Assembly (NCBI GenBank): GCA_025924835.1
Contig: JAICHO010000001.1
Location: forward strand, 2,553-66,552
Direction of reading: 5' to 3'
Length of the DNA: 64,000 nucleotides
Origin: Candidatus Saccharimonadota bacterium
GTDB taxonomy: Bacteria; Patescibacteriota; Saccharimonadia; Saccharimonadales; JAICHO01
The notes under the pieces are model-generated. The model had not been told where the DNA came from and made no database searches. It saw only the letters and a list, made by a program, of their open reading frames with translations. The translations under genes and the position numbers were made by a program. Each line of letters opens with the position of its first letter. Positions within the stretch are counted from its first letter, which is position 1. Positions 30,597-40,434 of this stretch are shown in pieces.

Positions 30597-32343
30597 CCTC
30601 CTGACTGGTCTTAAGTAGCCTATCGTATGCTTTGGCCCTGGCTAGGAGCTTTTGGGCGGTCACCTCGTCAGCCTCATAGAGTGCCTCGGATATAGCCGAT
30701 TTTTTTGTTTTAACAAACATATCGATTAGGCGGATCCGGAGCCGATTGGCGGTATACCGCGCCTCGTGCTCATCAAGATCAATAAATAACGCCTCGTATT
30801 GTAGTGCTACTATTTTGACATAGTCAGCAATACTTTGCAACATAGGGGCTTGCTTTAGATTACCAGTAAAGTCAGGATGCGCCTGTAAGTATTCCAATAG
30901 TTGGCGCCCAGAGGGCTGGGGCAACATTTCCGGATCAAGCAGTTCGATCTGATCACGCAAATCCGGCCGCATTAGCGCTAGTGCCAATAAATGGTCCTGG
31001 GTTTTGGCCCATTCCAGCTGCATTCGGCTGTTTTGGACTTGGTCGGCCATATTCTTTTTGCGTAAAGGCTTAGGATGATCGACCGTCTTAAATTTTGTAT
31101 TCAGCGCCTCAACGCTCACACCTGTTAAATTGGCAATTTCATGCAGGTAATGATCTTGTTCAACAGGATCTTTGAGAGCCCGTATGGTTGGCAATAATTT
31201 GTCGCTAAACTGCCGTTTGCCCTGCCCACTCGTAATGTCGTACTGGTGTTTATACCGGTCAATCAGCCAGTCAACCGCATAGTGCGGCGCCTCTATAGCC
31301 TTTTCCCACTCCCCCGGCTTATTCTTGATCAGCTCATCAGGGTCCTTGCCTTCCGGCAGCGTTACGATGTGCAGCGAAACGCCGACTTTGCTGGCAATTG
31401 GTATGGCACGTTCAGTAGCCGCCACGCCCGCTTTATCAGCGTCGAAACTGAGCCGTATGTCCCCGGCAAAACGGCTAATTGCTTTTAGGTGAGCCTCCGT
31501 GAGAGCCGTACCGGCTGTGGCCACCACATTGCTCACCCCGGCTTGATGGCTGGCGATTACATCCAGATTCCCCTCTACCAACACCGCAAATCCTACCCGC
31601 CTGATTTGGTCCTTGGCGAGATGCAGGCCGTAAACATGGCGCGACTTATCATACAGCAGGGTCGCTGGCGTATTAATATACTTAGGCGCGTCTGGCGCGT
31701 CTTCTAACTGCCTCGCCGTAAAGCCGATAACATTGCCCATGGAGTCTTGCAGCGGTATCATTAATCGTCCGCGGAACATATCACCTACGCCGTTATAGCG
31801 TTTGGTTATCAGCCCCGCTTTTTTTAGTTCTTCGTCAGTAAATCCCTGCTTTTTCATAAAATCATATAGGGCCGTTCCGTTATTGGGCGAATAGCCGAGC
31901 AAGAATGTCAGGGCAGTTTCTTTGGTAAATTTGCGCTGGTGCAGTACATAGTTCAACGCCGTTTTATTACGGCTAAATTGAACCTGGTAGAACTTTGCGG
32001 CTAACGCGAGAGCCTGGCGTAATCGTTCTTTTGCCTCGGCATTACCACCACTACGGCCTTTAAACTGCTCCAGGTCAATGCCCGCCCTGCGAGCCAGCAG
32101 CTCCAGTGCCGCCTTGAAGTCCAAGCCCTCCATTTCCATCACAAAACTAAACATATCGCCGCCTTTGCCGCTGCTAAAGTCATGCCAGATCTGCTTTTCC
32201 GGACTGACGATAAAACTGGGTGTTTTTTCGTTGCCAAACGGGCTCAGACCCTTAAAGTTCCGGCCAGCACGCTTAAGAGCCACATATTCGCCGATTACAT
32301 CTTCAATGTTCAACCTAGCCCTAATTTCGTCTACCGCATCCAT
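30589..32343 (-). CDS. dnaG: DNA primase
   Basis: [42 protein letters not shown]. Confidence 0.97.
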   Translation of the reverse strand: MDAVDEIRARLNIEDVIGEYVALKRAGRNFKGLSPFGNEKTPSFIVSPEKQIWHDFSSGKGGDMFSFVMEMEGLDFKAALELLARRAGIDLEQFKGRSGGNAEAKERLRQALALAAKFYQVQFSRNKTALNYVLHQRKFTKETALTFLLGYSPNNGTALYDFMKKQGFTDEELKKAGLITKRYNGVGDMFRGRLMIPLQDSMGNVIGFTARQLEDAPDAPKYINTPATLLYDKSRHVYGLHLAKDQIRRVGFAVLVEGNLDVIASHQAGVSNVVATAGTALTEAHLKAISRFAGDIRLSFDADKAGVAATERAIPIASKVGVSLHIVTLPEGKDPDELIKNKPGEWEKAIEAPHYAVDWLIDRYKHQYDITSGQGKRQFSDKLLPTIRALKDPVEQDHYLHEIANLTGVSVEALNTKFKTVDHPKPLRKKNMADQVQNSRMQLEWAKTQDHLLALALMRPDLRDQIELLDPEMLPQPSGRQLLEYLQAHPDFTGNLKQAPMLQSIADYVKIVALQYEALFIDLDEHEARYTANRLRIRLIDMFVKTKKSAISEALYEADEVTAQKLLARAKAYDRLLKTSQEVV

Positions 32344-32396
32344 CTGTTAATATTGTACTCGTGGCCTGGTCAGATTGATACTGCATGTGCTTAAAT

Positions 32397-33035
32397 ATGG
32401 CAATGAATCCGCTTGCGCCCCCAGCGCCCCCACCACTGCCGGTTACTCCATCCCATAATCCCTACGACTTTATCACTCAGCCATCCGCGCCCAAACGCCG
32501 AGGCTTATTATCCGGAGGCAGTTCTAAAAGACAACGCATTTTAATTATCGCAATCGGGGCATTTATTCTGCTGCTGGCTGCCATTGGCGTCATCGGGTTG
32601 CTAGGCAGTAGCGACGATGGGCTGAAGGCCGACTACTTAAGCCTGGCTCAGCAACAGGCCGAATTAGTGCGCGTTTGCGATATTGGCATTTCCCAGGCGC
32701 GCAGCTCCGAAGCCAAAAATTTAGCAATTACCACCAAATACAGCATACTGTCAGAACAGCCCGGGGTTCTCGGTTTAGCCAAAAAAGCCCACGCGCAAAC
32801 TGACGCCAAAAGTATAGCCGCCGGCAAAAATAGCCAAACCGATACGCAGCTGACCACGGCCTCCCAAACCAACCAGTTTGACACCGTCTTTATTAAAATC
32901 TTGCAGACAAACCTGACAAAATATCAGCAAACGCTCAAAAAAATACACGACGAAGTGCCCGACAACAAAACCAAAGACATATTATCCAAAGACTACGCCA
33001 ACGCCGCCCTCCTGATAGGCGACCCCAAGCCATAA
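32397..33035 (+). CDS. Membrane-anchored hypothetical protein with helical extracellular domain
   Basis: Pro-rich N-terminus with NPYDFI, single TM, helical-bundle-like C-terminus; start uncertain (32385/32397/32403). Confidence 0.75.
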   Translation: MAMNPLAPPAPPPLPVTPSHNPYDFITQPSAPKRRGLLSGGSSKRQRILIIAIGAFILLLAAIGVIGLLGSSDDGLKADYLSLAQQQAELVRVCDIGISQARSSEAKNLAITTKYSILSEQPGVLGLAKKAHAQTDAKSIAAGKNSQTDTQLTTASQTNQFDTVFIKILQTNLTKYQQTLKKIHDEVPDNKTKDILSKDYANAALLIGDPKP

Positions 33036-33042
33036 ATGTCCC

Positions 33043-33393
33043 TTAGTGTTGTGCCGGTGCGGACTGGTCGCCCTCGCCGCTAACCAGGTTGTACGAATGC
33101 ACTATCAGACCTACAACTTCCTCCCAGGGTAACTGCCCGGTCAAGATAATTGTATTCCAGTGTTTTTTATTCAGGTGATACCCCTCCAGCACGGTTTCAT
33201 ATTTTTTCCGCAGCACGATCGCTAACTGCGGATCGCACTTTAGGCTAATCCACAGCGGGTCTTTGACCTCTTGTATAATGGCGAACATTTTGTCTTTGAC
33301 TTTATAAACCGCCACACCCTCGCCAAACGGATAGTCCAGCCGGGCATTCGGCAGGCTCAAAATATATTCTTCAACCGTTTTATGGTCCATCAA
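33043..33393 (-). CDS. MmcQ/YjbR family protein
   Basis: YPFG...YKVKDKMFA...SLKCDP...GYHLNKKHWNT...SYNLV. Confidence 0.93.
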   Translation of the reverse strand: MMDHKTVEEYILSLPNARLDYPFGEGVAVYKVKDKMFAIIQEVKDPLWISLKCDPQLAIVLRKKYETVLEGYHLNKKHWNTIILTGQLPWEEVVGLIVHSYNLVSGEGDQSAPAQH

Positions 33394-33405
33394 TTGCCTG
33401 GGTGG

Positions 33406-33702
33406 TTAAGATGATTCGAAAGTCCCGCAGCTGGTAATAGCCTGCGCACGCAGAGCATTAGTGTGAAATGACCCATTAAAGCCATTCTGGAATGGGTCTG
33501 GAATCATATCGGGCTTGCGGCCAGAAGCATGGATGCCCGCACGTTCTCTGTCGGTTCTATCAAGCATCCCTGCGTACAAGAGCCCCACATCCGTCGGGGG
33601 CACTTCTTCAAAAAAACCCGCTTCTAGCTCCCTGCGGTATTGGTCTTCTTCCCATAACTCCGACCCACCTGCCATTCCTTCCATCATATTTCCTGCAGCC
33701 AT
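33406..33702 (-). CDS. Hypothetical protein (orphan)
   Basis: 98-aa ORF with AAGGA SD and TTGACA upstream. Confidence 0.55.
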   Translation of the reverse strand: MAAGNMMEGMAGGSELWEEDQYRRELEAGFFEEVPPTDVGLLYAGMLDRTDRERAGIHASGRKPDMIPDPFQNGFNGSFHTNALRAQAITSCGTFESS

Positions 33703-33778
33703 TGTTTTTCCTTTTCGCTCTTAACCTTATACCTAATATTTATACCTGGATACTAAGTTTGTCAACCGTTGCTTGTTG

Positions 33779-34330
33779 TTAGGTATTTTTAAAGTAGTCT
33801 AGGTAATATTGGAGTTCGGCGATACTTGCCTGTATGTCGTCATAAGCCCGATGGACTTCCTTTTTTTCGTACATGACACCATATTTAGCTTGCATTATGA
33901 TTTTCCAGGCGCTGACGTCCAGCATGCGGTAATGCAACTTTAGATCCAGCGCAGGCATCCAGCGTTTAATGAACCCCCGGTCGTTGTGTATGGAGTTACC
34001 AGCTAATATTGCCGACTCATTGCCAAAATGTTTTTCCACCAAAGCAACCATTTCTTGTTCAGCTATCTGAAGCTGCTTGCCGCTATCCAGTTTTTGAACA
34101 AAAGAATCGCGGTTCTCCGGATAATCGCGCCACCATATATTGGCTTGCATGCGGTCCAATACCTTGGCGCGGTCTTGCTTAATGCACGTTTCATAACTTT
34201 CTAGCGTCTTAAAGTCACAATCAGTAATCTCCGCCGCGATCTCCAGGATTACATCTTTGTTTGGATCCAGCCCGGTCATTTCCAGATCAACCCAAAGCAG
34301 CTTGGTCGGAATAATATCGTTTGCACTCAT
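33779..34330 (-). CDS. orn: Oligoribonuclease
   Basis: LLWVDLEMTGLD, LAGNSI..DR.F, HYRMLDVS, HRAYDDI. Confidence 0.96.
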   Translation of the reverse strand: MSANDIIPTKLLWVDLEMTGLDPNKDVILEIAAEITDCDFKTLESYETCIKQDRAKVLDRMQANIWWRDYPENRDSFVQKLDSGKQLQIAEQEMVALVEKHFGNESAILAGNSIHNDRGFIKRWMPALDLKLHYRMLDVSAWKIIMQAKYGVMYEKKEVHRAYDDIQASIAELQYYLDYFKNT

Positions 34331-34360
34331 TACTGGCTATTATAACCGCTCGCGTTAAAT

Positions 34361-35020
34361 TTAACCTACTAGATCAACCGCCGGCCGGAAACCAATAAGA
34401 CAATCATTATTTTTTCTATTAACTGCCTCAAAAGTTCTGCTTGCCACACCACCCGGGAGAAACATAATCATAGGTACATAACGTGATTCGAGCTCAACTG
34501 GTTCGCCTGTGAGGAGTATGTATTCTTTTTCCATTGGCAGCAGCTCGCGCACTAATGGCTCTAACCGATCACGCGTTTGAGTAGTTCTTAAATCTACCTG
34601 GTGGCTCCCTGTCTCTAGGGTGAATTTTGCAGAATCAGCCAAGAGAACTCCATCCCAACTACGCCCGTCATGCCATATACCACCCTCCTTTCCTACCACA
34701 TCTATTTTCGGCCCTGAATATACAACAGAGTGCCGCAAGTTTTTACCTGAGCCGGTTTTTAACACTCTAAAGTCATCGGCATTTGCAGGCCTATTAACCA
34801 GTCCTGAACGCCCCTCTTGTACCAAGGGCATTGCACATAATGCTTTAACAATTTCTCTGGATTCTTCACGCTGGGCTTCAGTAAGATAATCCCATATAAA
34901 AGAGGACTCTACCCCCAATGGTTCTTGCTCTGCTAATTCGGAGGCCGATGCTATTTTACCAACAGACTCTGCTACGACATTCTGCTGGTTGAGATCTGGG
35001 GGAAGATTATGATTTGTCAT
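34361..35020 (-). CDS. Hypothetical protein with C-terminal GFRPAV motif
   Basis: 219 aa, GGAGG SD; LLTGE...VP...IGFRPAV at the C-terminus. Confidence 0.7.
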   Translation of the reverse strand: MTNHNLPPDLNQQNVVAESVGKIASASELAEQEPLGVESSFIWDYLTEAQREESREIVKALCAMPLVQEGRSGLVNRPANADDFRVLKTGSGKNLRHSVVYSGPKIDVVGKEGGIWHDGRSWDGVLLADSAKFTLETGSHQVDLRTTQTRDRLEPLVRELLPMEKEYILLTGEPVELESRYVPMIMFLPGGVASRTFEAVNRKNNDCLIGFRPAVDLVG

Positions 35021-35071
35021 ATTGCCTCCTTTGGTTTAATAAATTTGCAAGCCGCAAATAAAGGTATTCCA

Positions 35072-35923
35072 TTAAATAACGACTGATAACATTAAAATCA
35101 AGCAAGCAGTAGCAACCTTCCGAAAAGTTAATCGCTCACGCAAAAAGACGGCCGCCAACAAAAAAACGAAAATGGGAGTAATATTAGCGAGTGTAACAGT
35201 TACCCCGGCGTTACCCAGCGTAAGCGCATAATAAAGCAGCAACCACTGGCTTATAACAAATAAACCCCGAAGAAAAATAATGCGATACTGCTTTGTACTT
35301 ATCTCCGTTATAGGAAACCCAAAAATAATAAGCGCAAACAACGCAATCAGGCCCGCCCGCAACATGTATAAGGTCGGGACATTTACTAACCGAAGAGAGT
35401 TCAAAAGGTATTTAGAGGGAATGGCAGATATCCCAAATAGCAAAGAAGCAGAAAGAGCTGGTTTTAGTGTAGCCGATCGGAATTTTGTGAGACTTTTAAA
35501 ATCACTTGAGAAGATAATAACCAGCACAATAATAACGCCCGCTAATATATAGGTGCCAAGACTTACGGTGTCATTTAAGAAGAGCCAGCCAAAAAGAAAT
35601 GTAAAAGCTGGTGCGAGGGAAAGCAAAGGGGTTGCTACACTAGCCTCAGTTTTTTCAAAGGTTTTAAAGTAAAAAAAGTTTGCCAGCATATCTATGAAGG
35701 CGATGAGGATTACCAACGCTATGGACTTAGGTGTAACCGAAAACTTATAGAACAAAGGTGACAACAAAGCTAATGTGGCAGCCATTGTCAGAAAATTAAT
35801 ACCCAATACGCTCTGGGATTTCAGATCCTTAAGAAGTGTACGAGCAAGAATATTTGCTATGGAAGCAAATAAAGCAGAAGCTACCGCAATGAGAGTAAAA
35901 CTTATCCCGTGCATAAGTGCCAT
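35072..35923 (-). CDS. EamA/DMT family transporter
   Basis: About 10 TM segments in two repeats (LAPAFTFLFGWLFLND; PIFVFLLAAVFLRER); start uncertain. Confidence 0.88.
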   Translation of the reverse strand: MALMHGISFTLIAVASALFASIANILARTLLKDLKSQSVLGINFLTMAATLALLSPLFYKFSVTPKSIALVILIAFIDMLANFFYFKTFEKTEASVATPLLSLAPAFTFLFGWLFLNDTVSLGTYILAGVIIVLVIIFSSDFKSLTKFRSATLKPALSASLLFGISAIPSKYLLNSLRLVNVPTLYMLRAGLIALFALIIFGFPITEISTKQYRIIFLRGLFVISQWLLLYYALTLGNAGVTVTLANITPIFVFLLAAVFLRERLTFRKVATACLILMLSVVI

Positions 35924-36008
35924 TATTTTGAGATACCGGTTGACAAATGCATAATAAATAATATAAAATGTCATATTATCGTCAATATGACGAAAATTAG
36001 TCAAATAT

Positions 36009-36680
36009 ATGCGTAGTATTTCTCAGGCAGTTCGCGACCACGTACAAAGCTCTCCCCTGTTAATCAGTGGTTTAAGCCGTGATGTTTTAAACTTATCGGC
36101 AGTTGCAAGAGAATTGCGCCCCGTATTGCAGCGTCAGCTTTATAAAGAAATAACGAGCAATGCCATTCAACTTGCCTTACAGCGCTTTGGCGAAGAGTTA
36201 ACCACTAAGATCAAATCAACCAAAATCACAATTGAACGGAGCGAAGTAATATCGGATATTGTGGTCTTCTTTTCGCCCAGGCGAGCATCGGTACTAAAAG
36301 CGGTCGCGCAAGCATCGCAGCGTATTCATGACTTATCAGAGACTTATTTGGACATCATAACTGAAGAGAAAATTATAGTGATTGCCGTGTCGCGACATCT
36401 TGAGCCTGCCTTACGTGATGCTTTACCGGCGGGTGATACAAAACACATTCAGGTGGACTACCACAAGGTTGCAGTTAAACTAGCCTTAAGCGAGAAGAGT
36501 TCGCTAACAGATGCATTAGCAGTGATTACCCACCTACTCCATTGGCATGGGGTGACAATTAACGGATTAAGCACGCAAAACCAGGCCGTGACCCTTATTA
36601 CTGATCAGAGAAACGTAGGTAGATTGTTAAGCGCACTTAGTCTATTGATTGAACAAGGAAGCGATGCGACGGTTCTCTGA
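36009..36680 (+). CDS. ACT-domain-like putative regulator (aspartokinase-regulatory-like family)
   Basis: N-terminal LNLSAVARELRP...AIQLALQR helical motif followed by two beta-alpha-beta repeats. Confidence 0.6.
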   Translation: MRSISQAVRDHVQSSPLLISGLSRDVLNLSAVARELRPVLQRQLYKEITSNAIQLALQRFGEELTTKIKSTKITIERSEVISDIVVFFSPRRASVLKAVAQASQRIHDLSETYLDIITEEKIIVIAVSRHLEPALRDALPAGDTKHIQVDYHKVAVKLALSEKSSLTDALAVITHLLHWHGVTINGLSTQNQAVTLITDQRNVGRLLSALSLLIEQGSDATVL

Positions 36681-37172
36681 TACTCCTAATATCATTTCAT
36701 CAGGCTTAAAGACGCGACCATTCATACACGCATAAATACCCGGCACAAGAACCCCAACCTGAGCATAGGCGTAGCCTAAATTGAACAAACCGTCACTCAT
36801 CGTGAATCCTTCTACGGGCGTAACAGCGCCCGTGAGGACAATAATTTTTTCATCTTGACTCTTTAAATGTTGCTTGATGTAGCGAGCAGTATCAGGAATA
36901 GTGTAGGTACCGTGTGTAATAATAAAGCGCTTGGCTTCAGATTCATTTATAGCATCAACCATTTTTTTACGATCTTCGGCTGAAATATGACGACTATCTT
37001 TAAGGCAAACCACGCTATACGCGGACTCTGTATAAAGTTGCAGGCTCTCAATAACCTGGGGGATTATGGAAGTCTGGAGAGGCTTAACTGCATCTTGGAT
37101 GCCATCGTAGCGTGAATCTATAGTGCCACCCGTAATAATAAAATGCACCAAACTATCATCAGCATTGTTCAT
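36642..37172 (-). CDS. Short asparaginase-domain protein
   Basis: TGGTID, KDS, THGTYT, VLTGA. Confidence 0.88.
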   Translation of the reverse strand: MNNADDSLVHFIITGGTIDSRYDGIQDAVKPLQTSIIPQVIESLQLYTESAYSVVCLKDSRHISAEDRKKMVDAINESEAKRFIITHGTYTIPDTARYIKQHLKSQDEKIIVLTGAVTPVEGFTMSDGLFNLGYAYAQVGVLVPGIYACMNGRVFKPDEMILGVSENRRIASLFNQ

Positions 37173-37214
37173 GGCTACATTCTAATACCGTGAAGTGATT
37201 ATATCCAGCTGGCG

Positions 37215-38309
37215 TTAAATCAGTTCGCTGCCAATGTGGATTTCGCCGTGATGATCTTCAATCATTTTGTACTTAATGGTTTCATAACTCAGTCCCTGGG
37301 CTAGTAGCCACGCCATTTTGACCGTCATAGATTCAATACTCATATCATAGGCGGGAATAGCTAGGTCATTTTCTTTAAGGTATTGGCCGGTTTCATTTAC
37401 TTGGAAGTTAGCAAGTCCGCTTGGCGCCTGGGTGGTTACGATAATCGGAATTTGTTTCTGCTTTAAATATTCAAAGGCACGAAATAATTGAGCATTTGGG
37501 TCGCCGGCTCCGAAGGACCGTAGCACAAAGGCTTTAGCACCAATATTGTCCACTAGTGATGTGATAATGTCTGGTGACATGCCCGGAAATTCCGTAAGCG
37601 ACACAATTTTATCTGCATCAAAATCTTTCTTTATACTCAATACCCTAGACTGGATCGCCAGAGGCTTATACTTGGACAGATAGCTGACATGTTTTTGCAT
37701 CGCTACATCATCAATCTTCATAAAACGACCGATTTGCCCCAAAGAACCGGTTTGAAATGAGCTGAAAGGGTCGTAGTCAAAGTCAGTCCCCTTCTTGACC
37801 CTGGTACCGGTAATGATTTTACTGCCAAACACAGCCATAACCCCTTTAATTTCGTGGTAGCCCCACACTGAAATTCTTAAAGCGTTCACCAGGTTCGTCG
37901 TCGCGTCTGAACCAAGATAGCCCAATGGTACTTGAGCACCTGTAAATACGACCGGTTTGTTGATATTTTCCAGTGCAAACGATAGTGCCGCTGCTGTATA
38001 ACCCATGGTGTTAGTGCCATGCAAGATTATGAACGCGTCAACATCATCGTAGGTCTCTTGGATTGCCTCAGCCAATTTGGTCCAATTTTCAGGCAAAATA
38101 TTAGAGCTATCGAGATTAAAAAGCTCTGTAATTGAGGGCTCAATCTCAATATTCCAGTTCTTTTTAAGGATATCGATTGAATCGTCCAGGGAACCTAAAA
38201 AAGTGTTTGGATCAGATTTTGTGTTTTGCGATACATTGCTATTTGCAACATTTCCGGCAACAGTTCCGCCGGTAAAAATTATTTTTACTCGTTTATGTAC
38301 ATAGCTCAT
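37215..38309 (-). CDS. ansA: Type I L-asparaginase-like protein
   Basis: TGGTV, LDSSN, LHGTNTM, KPVVFTGAQ, FGAG, DMSIE. Confidence 0.88.
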   Translation of the reverse strand: MSYVHKRVKIIFTGGTVAGNVANSNVSQNTKSDPNTFLGSLDDSIDILKKNWNIEIEPSITELFNLDSSNILPENWTKLAEAIQETYDDVDAFIILHGTNTMGYTAAALSFALENINKPVVFTGAQVPLGYLGSDATTNLVNALRISVWGYHEIKGVMAVFGSKIITGTRVKKGTDFDYDPFSSFQTGSLGQIGRFMKIDDVAMQKHVSYLSKYKPLAIQSRVLSIKKDFDADKIVSLTEFPGMSPDIITSLVDNIGAKAFVLRSFGAGDPNAQLFRAFEYLKQKQIPIIVTTQAPSGLANFQVNETGQYLKENDLAIPAYDMSIESMTVKMAWLLAQGLSYETIKYKMIEDHHGEIHIGSELI

Positions 38310-38356
38310 TTCGCAATTATAGCATTAGACCTTAACCAAACACATTACCGGCATAC

Positions 38357-39571
38357 TTACGGACCAGCTGACTGCAATGCCTGCAGTGTTTGAGGCCAGT
38401 TAGTACGGTCTTCTATGGCTTTTTGGGTGGCGTCGTCGGCTTTGTGAGTAATCTGCTTGTAGCCATTTTGGCCGGCGATTACGCCGTATTTGAGCTGCAA
38501 TTTTACTTTAGTGAGACCCTGTGCTTCGGCTTTGGCCAGACAGTCGTCATGGAAGGCCTTGCACTGGGGCGCCAAGGCCACCCATTTGGCGACATTATCG
38601 TCATACGGCACAGTCATTGTCACGTCTATGCTGGCGCTGCGTTGGGTTTCTGTGTCCAGCTGGTCAAATATAAAGTTGCCGGTGGAGTACACGATCAGTT
38701 TACCCCTGTAAACTTCGGTGTTTTGAACCCAATGGGGATTATTGGCAATCAAAAATTCCGGGCCATGGTCAATAATCTGATGGGCGATTTCTATCTGCGT
38801 GTCGTCGGCCTTAGGGTGGTACTCGACCCCCATTTCGGCAAAGGCGAATACCGGCATAACTCGTGCATATTTGTCCATGACGTCAATTTCACCGGGTTGT
38901 GGCTTGCGGTAAAAATAGTGCCAGCCGCAGAAAGCCACCGGAAGGGCAGATTTTTGCTCGGATTTGTCGGCTTGCAAAATGCGCACGGGCAAGGCTATGA
39001 CTTCGCATACATTTTGTGAATCAGCCGGGTCAAAAGTTCCAAAATATTGTACGCCGGCGGCCTCTAAATGCTGCCGAGTTTCATCCAAACCTTTTTCCCC
39101 GCCCTGGTTATCAGTATGGTTGTTGGCGAGGTCAAAAATGTTGAAGTACTTGGCGGCGAACGGTAAAAACTCCGGGCGACAATTAAACACAAGCGTATCA
39201 ATTTGCGCCTGGTAAGGCACGGTATTGTTAGTAATGGGACATTCAAAGTCCGTTGACCAGGCATCGTATTGGCTGCGGCCAAAGCTGTCCAGCTGGCTAA
39301 AAGGCTGGGCGTAGTCGCCGTGGGCTTGCTGCTCGACCGCCCTGGCCCAGGTTACCGTACCATTTAATAAATACTTGCCATTAACAGCGGTGGGCGTGGC
39401 AACAGGAGCCGGGGGAGTAGACGAAGCCTGTGTTGTGGCTGGCTGTTGCGCCATTTTAGACCTAAACAACAACTGATAGCTGATTATTGCCAAGATTATC
39501 AGAGCCAATCCGATGAGTCCTGCTACGAGGCGGTGAGTTTTTCTGTATGTGTGTCCGGCCTCGTAACGCAT
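38357..39571 (-). CDS. CapA family (metallophosphoesterase fold) membrane-anchored protein
   Basis: N-terminal TM; DFECP, LANNHTD, NPHWVQ, YSTGNFIFDQ. Confidence 0.88.
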   Translation of the reverse strand: MRYEAGHTYRKTHRLVAGLIGLALIILAIISYQLLFRSKMAQQPATTQASSTPPAPVATPTAVNGKYLLNGTVTWARAVEQQAHGDYAQPFSQLDSFGRSQYDAWSTDFECPITNNTVPYQAQIDTLVFNCRPEFLPFAAKYFNIFDLANNHTDNQGGEKGLDETRQHLEAAGVQYFGTFDPADSQNVCEVIALPVRILQADKSEQKSALPVAFCGWHYFYRKPQPGEIDVMDKYARVMPVFAFAEMGVEYHPKADDTQIEIAHQIIDHGPEFLIANNPHWVQNTEVYRGKLIVYSTGNFIFDQLDTETQRSASIDVTMTVPYDDNVAKWVALAPQCKAFHDDCLAKAEAQGLTKVKLQLKYGVIAGQNGYKQITHKADDATQKAIEDRTNWPQTLQALQSAGP

Positions 39572-39607
39572 ATGCCTATTCTAACGCTTAGGGACTATAA
39601 TAAGAAC

Positions 39608-40372
39608 ATGCGTAAAAAAGCATTTTATGGCCTTGTAACCTTCATAAGCCTGATGCTTACTGTTTGGCTAACCCTTTATAAGCCTGATAATAAAGCGACA
39701 GCGCCCAGCGCCAAATCAACGACCCAGACTACTGCAGATACCACAAGCACGTTTAATAAACAGCTTTATTCTATAGACCAGCCGGGCAGTATCTGGTGGA
39801 TCGTTAATAAAGTCCGCCCCGTCAACCCTGCTACCTATGCTCCTGATGATTTAGTCGTTCCGGCCGTGCCTTTGCGTGTCAGCGCCGGTGACGGTGAAAT
39901 GCGTCTGCGCAAAGAAGCTGCGACGGCTTTAGAAAAACTAGTACAAGCCGCCACGCAAGACAAAATAAATCTCATGCTGGCCAGTGGCTATCGGTCTTAC
40001 CAGTTACAAGTCGCCGTCTATAATGCTAACGTCCAAAAATACGGCCAAGCTGGTGCCGACAAGCAAAGCGCCCGTCCCGGCACCAGTGAACATCAAACCG
40101 GCTTGGCGGCCGATATGGAGCCAGTTAGCCGACAGTGTGAAACCGAGCAATGTTTTGGCGATTTGCCGGAAGGTCAATGGCTTGCCGCCAACGCGTATAA
40201 GTATGGTTTTGTTATTCATTACCAGGAAAACAAAGATGCGGTGACCGGCTATGAATACGAGCCGTGGCATATCCGGTACGTCGGCACCGATCTATCGACG
40301 GAATTACATAATCAAAATAACCTGACGCTTGAAGAGTTTTTTGACATCGTCCCCGACCACCAGCCGTATTAG
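39608..40372 (+). CDS. M15B family D,D- or L,D-carboxypeptidase (VanY/LdcB-like)
   Basis: SGYRSY, SARPGTSEHQTGLAAD, YEPWHIRYVG; N-terminal TM; start MRKKAF at 39608. Confidence 0.93.
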   Translation: MRKKAFYGLVTFISLMLTVWLTLYKPDNKATAPSAKSTTQTTADTTSTFNKQLYSIDQPGSIWWIVNKVRPVNPATYAPDDLVVPAVPLRVSAGDGEMRLRKEAATALEKLVQAATQDKINLMLASGYRSYQLQVAVYNANVQKYGQAGADKQSARPGTSEHQTGLAADMEPVSRQCETEQCFGDLPEGQWLAANAYKYGFVIHYQENKDAVTGYEYEPWHIRYVGTDLSTELHNQNNLTLEEFFDIVPDHQPY

Positions 40373-40434
40373 CAAATAGGAATTAGCGCTTAAAACAATC
40401 TTGAGAGCAAGACTAAGCTAAATGCCAAAAAAGT

